Below, piece by piece: positions 14,001 to 24,900 of a DNA stretch of 64,000 nucleotides; positions within the stretch are counted from its first letter, which is position 1; each line of letters starts with the position of its first letter. The DNA comes from Balanoglossus misakiensis (taxonomy: Eukaryota > Animalia > Hemichordata). The translations under genes and the position numbers were made by a program. The notes beneath the pieces were generated by a model. That model was given only the letters and a program-made list of their open reading frames with translations, did not search any database and had not been told where the DNA came from. The DNA is taken from assembly GCA_040954595.2 (NCBI GenBank), contig CM082593.2, forward strand, positions 6,665,579 through 6,729,578. The letters are read 5' to 3'.

Positions 14001-16235
14001 TTCTTGCTGATTCTGTGACCTGGGTAAATGTATTGTTATACAGAATTTGCCACAACTATGTCATACCACTAACACATGTATATACAAAGCTTCCTATGAT
14101 GAAAGAAATATTACGGTTGCTAGAAAACCGTGTAGTAGTAACCATGGAAATATAAGGGGGAAAATCCACTTATTTGGATCCTTCACCCCATTTAAATGTC
14201 GGAGAGGCTAACTGTTGTGCACGAAAACGCAAATGGCTTTGTCAGTTTTTTGAGACTTATCACAAAATTCCCAGACCGCCTCAAGGCAACCAGTATTCTT
14301 AGAGCAAAGACCAATGACTCTGAACAAACAGCTTCAAGAAACTTGAGAGTTTACTGACTCTACAGTTACAAGGGCAAAACGCACACTAAGAAACCAGGAT
14401 TTCACTATACAGTCAACACACAAACAGTGTCCATAATGTTATCCCATATACATTCTCATTACATGCACTGTGATATGCCATAATAGTATTAGCTGAAAGT
14501 GAGAACCGCATGGTTCTTGAGAACTTGTGAACAAACCCAACTAAACATATCCCTTTTTTGAGAGCATGTGCTTATGGATGGAATTTACAATGCAGTTGGA
14601 AGACCTATAACCATTTGGACCCCAAAAGTCTTCTAAATCACAAATACAAACTTTTTATATGACGTGGCCTACCAAAACGTCATGCTGAATTTAAATCTGT
14701 GAAAGGCAGACAGGAATGTCAAAAATGCCATTCAAGGGTGACTCGCTCACAGAGATTTACAACACAGTAACTTATCGCAAATTAGAGACAGATTTAGACT
14801 TTTTGCATTCTGGAGATTTCGCTTGAAGAAAAAGGAAAGACCTACAAAGGTCACATCAATGATACATATGGAGAGAATTAATAAAACTGTTGAAGATATA
14901 CCATACCGAAAATTATACCACTGAAGTTAAACGTAGTGAGCTATCCTTTATTTTAAGTTCATGCTACTGTAGGTTTTGATTAATTTCACATTAAAAAAGA
15001 CAGAAATGAAACTTTAGAACAAGAACAGAAGCTTGGTGATACATTGTACTTCTTGACAAGGCATACTTAATTATTTAATACGTTAATTTATCTGAGGGCG
15101 ATAAATTTTTGAATGACATCTTCATCGTTAGGGTCTAGACTTTTGAGTTTCACTCAGACATCAAATAGCCCCTGCACTACCTCTTGTAAAGGTTTTCACA
15201 GTCAGCCAAAATTTACATCAATTTGGTTCCAGTGGTCAGACATGCTCCCCTCTGGGTGTCATGGAAACAATTACAAGGTCAAAGTCACTGACTTCATTTT
15301 TTTTCCGCCAGAGAGGTCAAATGAAAGCTGCGGACATGCATCTTAATTAAAGAATAAGAGTACCAGCAACTGGAACGGAAAATATTCTCAAATGAAGCAA
15401 ATTTCGAATCAAAACCTACGGCACTTGCTAACCAGACCGGACATTCGATACACACAATGCTTATACCCTGAGTACACCCACGTTGTTGAACTCAATGTCA
15501 CAATGGCGGACACAGTTAGAGTTACAAGAGTTTGAAACACACCACCACAGACGCCACGTTGACACAACCGTTAATTATTCATGAAACAGCTTCTGGAAGC
15601 CTCTATGCCTGACAGAATGCCCTCTTGACATCATTAAAACACTTGTTCATTTCAAAAATCATGTTACGTTTAATCCACAGTTCATAAAGTAAAACAATAT
15701 ATTTTATTTCCGAGTATTTAAAAAAAAAATTCTTATTCCAGGAATAATGCTCCAATATACTAATTATAAGATGCAAGATTACCGGTACAAACCATGACCC
15801 ATTTGATATTAGTAATCACACATATTGATTTCAGAGCTCTGTCAACCAAAATCTCCAAAGTGTTAAAGTCTTAGGTTCACAGATCTCTGACAAACTTTGA
15901 AAGGCAAGATTCTAAACTAAACCCTTTTCCCCATATTTTTACTTGCTGTGAAGTAAATAGCAAATACTTAAATATTCCATTCGATTTTGACAAGAAAACA
16001 TGCAACCTTTTCCTTTTCTAAACGATTTTGCATACCGACGGTCATCAACCTACCTTTTCAGTTCATCCAGTCTTGCTTCTTCCCTGAGTATGTACTGCTT
16101 CAAGGCTGCCACCATTTCAGATTCCTCGTACACGAGTCGCTCCATTTCAGCCAAGGCGGTAAACATCTCGCCATGCACCGCCGCTCCAAAAACGGCCAAC
16201 AGGCAAAACAGCACAATCTGGCTAGCACCCACCAT
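2080..16235 (-). CDS. P4HA: Collagen prolyl 4-hydroxylase subunit alpha (P4HA1/2-like), 13 coding exons per isoform, ~541 aa
   Basis: Coding exons in transcript order: 16235-16054, 11758-11607, 10988-10824, 8923-8763, 8388-8337, 8175-7964, 7447-7274, 5002-4832, [3835-3782 or 3720-3661], 3107-3042, 2858-2790, 2508-2412, 2150-2080 (TGA). All are GT-AG with consistent phase, 1626 nt with the first alternative. Motifs: signal peptide + EMFTALAEME, HPVNAF, LDYLSYS, YEALCRG, YRISKSAWL, EPHFD (HxD), GNRIAT, GGATVFP, TRHAACPVLVGSKW, NKWIHE. Confidence 0.96.
3661..3720 (-). CDS. P4HA: P4HA alternative catalytic exon B (VANYGIGGHYAPHYDFSRRK), tandem paralogue of exon A
   Basis: 60 nt, phase 0/0, ttgttgcag acceptor and GTGAGT donor; open frame with HxD kept; differs from exon A mostly at third codon positions. 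Confidence 0.88.
3782..3835 (-). CDS. P4HA: P4HA alternative catalytic exon A (VANYGLGGHYEPHFDFAR)
   Basis: 54 nt, phase 0/0, CAG acceptor and GTAAGT donor; encodes the iron-binding H-x-D motif. Confidence 0.92.
4594..4806. mobile_element. MITE with tcgcga-rich TIRs (Tc1/mariner-like ta-ctg...cag ends)
   Basis: ctgcaaaacaccttattttcgcgag ... ctcgcgaaaataaagtgttttacag; second, inverted and degraded copy at ~11812-12007. Confidence 0.7.
6365..6440 (-). other. Intronic element complementary to the 3' splice region and 5' part of P4HA exon 5002-4832 (putative editing-complementary sequence)
   Basis: Plus strand 6406-6438 caccGttcGgaaccacgtgacaggcaaccCtga vs exon sense caccAttcAgaactcggtgacaggcaaccTtga. 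Also 6372-6383 gttttggttttt is the reverse complement of 5022-5033. Confidence 0.7.
8475..8559. mobile_element. ~85-bp micro-MITE, inverted copy
   Basis: ccctttcaccacc...ggtgaaaggg-ttaa; reverse orientation relative to the 1601 copy. Confidence 0.75.
10374..10720. mobile_element. Near-palindromic MITE with TTAA TSD and AGGG..CCCT termini (Kolobok-like), copy 1
   Basis: ttaa-agggacaaagtctctctc ... gagagagactttgtccct-ttaa; self-complementary along almost its whole length. Confidence 0.85.
11217..11565. mobile_element. Kolobok-like palindromic MITE, copy 2 (inverted relative to copy 1)
   Basis: Same TIRs and TTAA TSD; the asymmetric core is in the opposite orientation to the 10374 copy. Confidence 0.85.
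11812..12007. mobile_element. Degraded inverted copy of the 4594-4806 MITE
   Basis: Shares ...ctgcatcgttatcttc...ttttacacgactttttattttca... and the terminal ctcgcgaaaataa...ttttacag-ta. Confidence 0.65.
12225..13026. mobile_element. Non-autonomous PIF/Harbinger-like DNA transposon (~800 bp)
   Basis: ~44-bp TIR ggctgcattcacaaacacctctggagggggggg..cgggagaatt and its reverse complement, TAA TSD on both sides, subterminal gggggggatttgaaaa repeats. Confidence 0.8.
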
Positions 16236-16878
16236 CTTGATTGCCTTCAGTGCAGCTTATGGTCCAGTCTAGTTTTGCGAAGCGACACTACTTGAGTTTC
16301 AAGGTTCAATTCTGTGGGAAGTACATTAGACAAAGAAGGTCTCCTTCAATCAATGGTCACCTTTCTAGACTGGTAGCAGCACTAAAGATAAACGCACAAA
16401 GTCGTCTATCAACAAAACCATTTCCTGCGCTTCAGACAGACAACATCCCTCCTGGTTTAATGTCTATTGTATTCATTTTCCCCGCGGTTCAATTAATTTG
16501 TCTGAAATTCTCAATGGGATGACATCTTACGTGTCATTGAGTCAAAACTGCTTGCTTTCAAAAGTTCAACAACACTTTTAGAAATCATTCCAGCCATATA
16601 TAAGTTTTGTCCCATTTTTGTCTAAAAGGATTGCTTAATTTAACAACCATGTTGTTGTTCTTTGGGGGGTTGTTTTGTTTTGTTATACTTTTTGGGGGTG
16701 CTTCTTGAGGTATGAGTATGTGCATATTCTAGTAATTTACTAAATTCTAATACATGTACTATTACAAGATTTCATGTGTAGTTATGAAATTGTTATATGT
16801 AAAATTGGTTGGTTGCTTCATGCTTGGTTTAAACCGTCTGGTTATTCCCCAGACGTTTACACTTAAACTGGAAGTGCG

Positions 16879-16909
16879 TACGTGCATGGAGGTACGTGCA
16901 TGGTACGTG
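16879..16909. promoter_or_regulatory. Cluster of three TACGTG hypoxia-response-element cores
   Basis: tacgtg at 16879, 16893 and 16904, within 31 bp, between the P4HA ATG exon and its putative first exon. Confidence 0.5.
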
Positions 16910-17448
16910 GGTGCCCCCCCCCCCCCTCCAATACCTCCGGCCAGTCTGTAAACAACACTGACCTCGACAATAAACGTCGCAAACTACAAAGACGGAGGAA
17001 ACCGGTCCTTTGACGCAAAGTTATCCTTTGAATAGAAGGGATGCAATATCTTCCACGTATTCACACCTAACGAAACGTGTGAATACTTCAATTGTCACGA
17101 CAAACACGTTGATCGTGCGTTGATAAACAGCTGATGGCGAATATTACATAATTTCATAAACATCAACTATGCAACACTTTCGATCATGCTCGATACGGAA
17201 AGACCAGCTCGTACAGACCTAGCTAGCTGGGAGCTTTCATCGTGCACTAGGCTATTACCCCAAACACTCATCACCGATGCATAATGCTGATCACTGATTA
17301 TAATCCACTCAAACTTCCAAGCGGGGCTGATGCTCGAAAAGTAAGTGTCCCAGCTGACCGCTTTGCGACTCCCAAACTTACCAAGGTGACGCGTTTCCAA
17401 GGTGATGCCAGCACTTGGCAAGGTCGGCTGAAGAGAGTAACTACTCAC

Positions 17449-17580
17449 CCGAAACAACTGTACTCTTCGCTCCTGAGCCAAAGTGCTTTATATCTCCAAC
17501 AACCTCCTCTCACAACTTCGATCCAGTACTTCTTCCACCAAAACCCAGGCCTCGAATGTCCTCGAATGGTCTGGCCCTTT
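17449..17580 (-). other. P4HA: Probable non-coding first exon of P4HA
   Basis: Strong GTGAGT donor (actcac at 17443-17448) in a CpG-rich segment upstream of the ATG exon; 5' end approximate. Confidence 0.45.
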
Positions 17581-18529
17581 TCATATAGTCTCGCGTAATC
17601 TCGCGTCTCGTCTTACATAGAATCTCAAGAGGGCGACATTGAAGATCAATTTCTCAAGTCGAGAAAGCCCTAGAAACGGGGAAACGAGTTCACAAGAACA
17701 CATAGATTTGGGTTACTAAATGACTTTATATTATAATAAATCAATAACGGATTATTTCTAGCGATTGCTCAGTATTCTTCAAAGTATTGTAACTATGTGT
17801 ACACGCGAGTGTTGCCACACGCACCTGGCCTGGCCTCTTCACTCTTATCATTATATTCTAAGTAGGAGATGAAGATATTATCGATGTTATCAATTTTAAC
17901 TGATATTATCATGTCAAACTACACGTTGAGCACCTACTGGATGGCAGACAGTGACCGGTGACCGGCATTTTCTTATATCTTATATTCACTTTTGAGTAAA
18001 TTTATTATGCAGACTCAAATTACTGCAGCTTTCTAACTGGGACTAGAAATAAAATTGTCTGATAAGGAAACTAATGTCAATACGACGCTTAATTCACGAG
18101 AAAATATAGCTTGATCATAGAACCAACCAAGAATATATACATACATGCATTGGCACTGTTTTTTGCTTCTCATACTCAGATCATTAAGATTATAATAAAG
18201 TTCAATCTTTACGTCATAGGGTAAATTGTGATTTGCATTTTGGCGTGAATGAAATTTGTACAATATCATAGAACACTGAACAGGTAACTTTTCCCCCACT
18301 GACAGAGCAAGAACTTTTTCGAAAGTTGTCTGCAATGTTGCTTGGTTGTTAATTTCTATAACCATGGTAACTAGTCACGTATGCAGTGGCATATAGCGCC
18401 ACCTAGCGCCATAAACGTCAAATGCGCTCAGCAGGGAGCCGGGGTCAACCCTGGGTCAATGTTTGGGTCACATGAGTGCATCCTAGTAGCATGTGATCGT
18501 GGATCATCAGTTCAGATCAAATCACGATC
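17580..18529. promoter_or_regulatory. Divergent (bidirectional) promoter region P4HA / MAN2B1
   Basis: Head-to-head genes about 1 kb apart; TCTCGCG motifs near 17590-17610, CTCF-like gcgccacctagcg at 18396, CLEAR/M-box-like gtcacatga at 18467 and catgtga at 18490. Confidence 0.55.
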
Positions 18530-18929
18530 ATGGAAAGAGTACACATCGCGAAGACGTCGCTGATCATCATCTTTTCCGCGTTCCTTGTACACCTGACACT
18601 TGCTACCTGTGGTTATGAGGTAAGTAACGAACAATCATCTCTTTCTTCTTCACTTTTACACCAATCGGACCATTTGACCTTGGATACCCGGGTCGCCGGT
18701 ATTCGAATTCACCGTTCAATGCCATTGATTGAAATGTACATGTATGTGTATTGGCGATCCACGTAGTAACATGTCCACGAACTACGTAGTGTCTGTACAC
18801 CTCATCTCAGTGTTCTCCCCAGGATTTTGGGAAAGCATGATGGCTGATTTGCATAACAATATTATTAATTGTTATGTTAATATGTTCTATTGTCTTCTCA
18901 AAATTAAAGAGTGGTGGCCACCATTTACT

Positions 18930-18971
<42 letters not shown>

Positions 18972-21900
18972 GGTGGTGGTGGTGGTGGTGGTGATAAATT
19001 CTTTAGAGTTCTGATGTATTCATGGACTTGTGGGATTGGTAATTTTCAAGCTGATTTCGTCAAAACTGCCAACAGGAAATTGATCAACATTTGTGTATTA
19101 CAAATACAGTATGCACACCTGAAAGCCATCATATCTCTAATAGACTGTCATATGTGGCAGTGCTTCTTCTGATCACTTGAAAGACAAATCGGAGATGTTT
19201 TCTTCTACCATAGTACCTTTCTAAAGTGGTTGCATTGATTGGAATCAGACACGCCCCCTTTACTGGTATACTGCATCAGACTTACTTTTTTTTCATATTT
19301 CAGTCTTGTCACCCTACCAAAGCTGACAAGTTGAATGTTCATCTTGTACCGCACACTCACGACGATGTAGGATGGCTGAAAACTGTAGACCAGTACTTCT
19401 ATGGAGGTTAGTTCTTGATCAAACAGGAAAAATTGCCCTTACGGTCCTGTCTATAGCCACAAGGTGTATAGCCACTGAGCTGGTACAAAACACGCCATGG
19501 CAACCACAGATAACACGCAAACAAAATGAATGCCTCATGTGCGTGAGATTCTTCATGAGTTCTATTTCACACGCCTAATTAAGAATAAAATGAAACAGTT
19601 CTGTAAAATGTGGCTGTTTTTTTCACCATTTCTCCTGACAAGTCTGACAGTGTCATTGGTAAAACTGTCATATTTAAAAAAATTGTTTAATCTATGTTCA
19701 AAGTTTGTTCTTATCACTGACACACTGTCAGACGTGTTTGGAGACACAGTTGAAAATGACAGGAGTATAAATTAGATCCCTAGGTAACAATCTCAATAAA
19801 CTGACCAAAAAACACCTACCACTCGATCGATATTTTTCCTTGTCAGCAAAATCAACCTGTCATCCAAATCTGTGTCCCCATAAATAAGGACAACTAAAAA
19901 GTAAAATCAATTCACATAAGTGGGAAAGTGAGGGGTGTTTCGTTTGCCAGGCCATTTCAGAATCTGTGCTAACCGTATATGTGTTACACATTACATGTAC
20001 ATGTCCTTCCTAAATGGATACATTTTGCACCATAAGTTTTCACATAGTCCCTTTCCAGAGTCACACATTCTTAGTGAAAATTTAAAAAAGTGAAAAGAAA
20101 AATCTTAGTAATTATAGAAAAATAAACCTGAAAAAATGTTAAAATAAACTTCCTAGTTTGTCACATTCAGGCTTAGAGAATGTCACCATGGTGATTTCCT
20201 TTTCTTCTCAGCCAACAACAGTATTCAACATGCCGGAGTTCAGTACATCTTGGATTCAGTCGTTCCACAACTGAGAGATGACCCTAACAAGAGGTTCATC
20301 TATGTGGAAATTGCGTTCTTCTATCGTTGGTGGCGCCAACAAAATGAGGAGATGAAGAAGACAGTCAGAATGCTCGTTTCTGAAGGTGAGTCTGGCAAAG
20401 TGGTAAAAGTTGCAGAGTTCATGATTTGAATGTGCATAGTGGCTAGTCAAGGGACTTTCCTAAACTGGCCTTTGTAGCCAAGTGGCCTTTATGGACAGGT
20501 CAGTTAACGTATATGTTAATTGCTCAGGGACTGTAACAAAGTGGCCACTGTCAGCCAGAGATCTTGTATGTACACATTTCACATTTCATTTGTTGTGAAG
20601 CTACCAAAATGCATGAACAAAGATTAATGAAATACTCCCTTGAGAATTGACATACACACACCTTCAATAAATGTTTCTGTTTTCAAACCTCACAAGTCAA
20701 ACTATATGTCACACAAGCTCATTTCATCCCATAATTTGAGTTCTCAGCAACAGCTCGATCCTACATTTCCCTTTCCTTCAAATGACTTCTGTCAATCTCT
20801 CCTCTTCAAAGGTCGGTTGGAGTTCATTAATGGAGGATGGTGCATGAACGATGAGGCCTCAACACACTACAACGCCATCATTGACCAAATGACGCTGGGC
20901 TTTCGATTCCTGAATGACACGTTTGGCGAATGCGCAAGACCGCGAGTGGCCTGGCACATTGACCCCTTTGGCCATTCCAAAGAACAGGCGGCCTTGTTCG
21001 CTATGGTAAGTGTGTACAGCAAAATCGTGTTACACTTATCTGACAAATTATCCAGACAGCTAACCGGGAAGTTACACAGCCAGTTTGATGACTGGGGTAA
21101 TAACCAGGACATTTGTTTGAACACAGGAAACATGAAGTTGGAGAACTAGCCTTGTGGATAGCACTACATGCACATATAATTGTTCACAACAGCCTCCAGA
21201 TCTAAATTACATCTGCACTCCCTGAAGCATGGTGAAATATGCCCAGTATTTCAGTCATCAACACAATATATGTACAATCAGCATTGTTATTTGTTGGAAA
21301 TTGAATTCCAGTCCAGACTAGAATTCATTTATCAAAAATTGGCTGTAACAAGAACACCGGCTATGTGACAAGTGAATACTGTGAATGTTAACATGCTGTA
21401 TGAAGTAGAACGAGAAACTGCAGTTGATATGTACAGTACAGTAATACTGAAAATAATAGCTAATGCTAATGCCCCTTTAATGACACTTTTCATGTCCATT
21501 GCAGATGGGTTTCGATGGTTTTTACTTTGCCCGCCTGGACTACGACGATAAAAACAATCGTCTCAAAGAAAAAACCATGGAGGAGATATGGCAAGGGAGT
21601 TCGTCACTTGGGGGCGCCGCGGATCTGTTCTACGGGGCGTTGTTCCACCATTACGACGCGCCCGAGGGATTCTGTTTCGATCAGTCGTGCACCGATGACC
21701 CTATTCAGGTATTTCTGTATTTCAGATGTCGTACGACGGCTTCTTCTTCGGCCGTTTGGACTATGATGATAAGGACCACCGCTTGCGAGAGAAACGAATG
21801 GAAGAGGTCTGGCGAACTTCCGCCAGCCTAGGCTCCGACGCCGATCTGTTTTACGGTGCCCTCTATAACGGGTACGGCCCGCCCGACGGGTTCTGTTTCG

Positions 21901-24900
21901 ATGCCTTCTGCAGTGACCCCCCTTTTCAGGTACCAGTGCAGTGAAATTTCTGGCCAGTCAGTTGGCAAATCACGTTAAATTCAGTTGCTGTGGTGGGACA
22001 TCTCCATAAAAATATTTAAAATATTAAAGCGGGTACTCATCAAGAAAATGATTCAATCCATCTCCCATAATTTCTTAAGTTAATAAAAAATATGTCATTG
22101 TGTAAGTCTTGCCAGCTTGATTAAGGTAAATCATCATCATAGTCTAAACTTGCCATTTTATTTCATCGTCTCAAACTTATTAATTGCACTTTTTCTGTAC
22201 ATGTGTATAAGAAATGTATAATTTTCCATATCTATGCAGGTGTTCATCAAGTGTCTTGGTCAGCTCTTCATCGTTGATATATTGTAAACACCATAGCTAT
22301 GCAAAGTGTCAAGTTATAGTTTAAAATATTAGCATAATTTTCACAGTACTGTTTGATGTTTGTTTCTACAATAATAAGTATATAGACTTGAGCTTGTCTT
22401 ATCATAAGATATTAACAAGTATTCTATGTTCCAGGATGATCCTAATTTGTTCGACATGAATGTTGATGAGAAAGTGCAAATGTTCCTCAAGTTTGTTACT
22501 GATCAGGTAAGTTTCATTCACAAGAATATTTCAAAGATTTTCTGCCAATGATGTTTACAGAAAATTCAAACCAGATGGTTACGACAATATTATGCAAACT
22601 AACTTCACTTGCTTTGTTCTCACTCAGGCCAGTCATTATAAAACTAATCACATCATCCTAACCATGGGGTCTGACTTCCAATATGAAAACGCTAACGAGT
22701 GGTACAAGAACTTGGATAAATTAATCAAATATGTAAATGCCCAGGTAAGATTTTCAGTTCTATCCTCATCTCTTCAACTATCTATCCATATCTTTATTAG
22801 TTACAGTCACTGTTTGAGACATACTGGCAGATCAAAGACTTCATAAATTTTCTTCTGATCACTTTATAAACAGGAAGAAAAAACTAAAGTACACGCCCTT
22901 TACTCGACGCCATCTTGTTACACCTACGCCCTCAACCAGGCCGATGTGAAGTGGACGACCAAGAACGATGATTTCTTCCCCTACGCCAATGCGCCGCACA
23001 GTTTCTGGTCGGGTTACTTCACAAGTCGGCCGGCCATCAAGGGCTACGTCAGACAGACAAACAACTTCCTCCAGGTGGGTGTTATATGTCTTGTCCAATG
23101 AGTGCACTGTCAAATCTAAATCTACAATGACTTGTGATGAAATGCAAATGAGGAACAAAAGATATTTTTGTAAATCGTAAAATAACGTGTAATAAATCAA
23201 AAATTGCAAACTTTTATTTTTTTCAGGTCTGCAAACAACTTGACGTATTGGCAGGTCTTCAAACAAAGAAGCCAGGTTCAGAATTAAAAACACTCAGTGA
23301 GTATAACAGATAGTGCTATTACAATCTTTTTTAGTTGCACATTCTTGATTTGAATATTTCACTTGTACACCTGGCAATCTGCCCATTGGTAACTATAGTG
23401 TTATGACTCCCAATAGAATGTATAAGAAGCAATTGCATCTTACTTACAGAGTGCTAACTGTCAAACTGTCTTTCTTACAGAGGAAGCAATGGGGGTGGCC
23501 CAGCACCATGATGCTGTGAGGTGAGCATGGAAAAAATAAATTTGAGGTTTTGTCGAAGACAAATTAACAATATGAAAACACCATGATGTTTACAGCTAGT
23601 ACGTTATTTGCATGTTAGTCTGTGTGCAGTTAAATCAAAAAGTAATAATCTTGCTTTTTTATATGTTCACGTAATACCATGTGAATCATTACTGACTTTC
23701 TTTTGTTTTGTTTTGTTTTGTTTTGTTTTGTTTTGTTTTGTTTACAGTGGGACAGAAAAACAGCACGTGGCCAATGATTATGCAAAGAGGTTATCCATTG
23801 GTATCCGGAATTGTCAGGTAATACAGACAGTAGCAAAACTCTCTAATATTGTTATTCCAACTTTCTGTATATGAGATCCAATTTTGCAGACGAAAAACAG
23901 ATTGGTAAATCACATCTGTTATTTCTTCTATAAAATCTAAGAATTATCAATGATTACCACACCCATTTGAAAATCTGTTCCTAAATTATGAATCTGAATT
24001 GTTTTACAGAGCTTAGTGTCTGATACTCTGTCAGCAATTATGTCGAAAGACCACAAAACCTTGCCACCTACATCTGAGTTCTGTCAATATCTGAATATCA
24101 GTATTTGCAGCAGCACAGAGACAAAACAATCGGTAAGTAGATTGTAGGACACACAGACAAATAGATATGTGGCGATATTGAACACCAGAATTTCACACCC
24201 ATGGCACTAAATCCATATATCATTTTGTGTTTCTTCAGTCCAGAGCAAGGAAATGTAGTGAAATGTGTTTTTTTGTCTCTGTACAGTTCACTATCACAGT
24301 CTACAACCCACTTGCCCGCAGTACAGAAAGCTATGTTCGTATACCAGTCAACAACTCACAACAGTTTACCATCACAGACCCCGACGGCAAATCTGTACCA
24401 TCTCAGGCAAGTTTGATAATCAGCATATTGCTTTCTTATTTACAAGAAACTTCATTCTATCAAAGTCTTAGCGTTCCAATCTGAATCATGCTCTTTCCCT
24501 GTGTCGGTTTTTCACCGATATTAACCCTTTTCAAAATATAATCTTTCTTTCATCCAACAGGTTTTAGAAGTCACTGCTGAAACCAAGCGCATACGCGGTA
24601 ACCGGGGCAGTTCCACCCATGAACTTCTTTTCCCTGTGTCGTTACCGGCGTTAGGATACGCCACATACATGGTGACAGCAAACAGTACGTGTATCCCTGA
24701 GCCAGGATGACTCAAGCCATGGCTCATCTAAATACTTATCTATAAGAGATACTAGTCTGAAAAAAAGTTTCATTATTCGATTCTCAAATGTATACTATTC
24801 TAACTTCATAAATTTCTAAACTGAAAAAGCAAATGCTAACATTTGAGAGTGTGAACTTATGCATGTAACAAAAGTGATTCTGTTTTATTCACAGGTAAAA

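Noticed and set aside
18729-19172. ORF with poly-Met and poly-Gly runs
   Set aside because: It is the translation of an intronic (ATG)n(GGT)n microsatellite.
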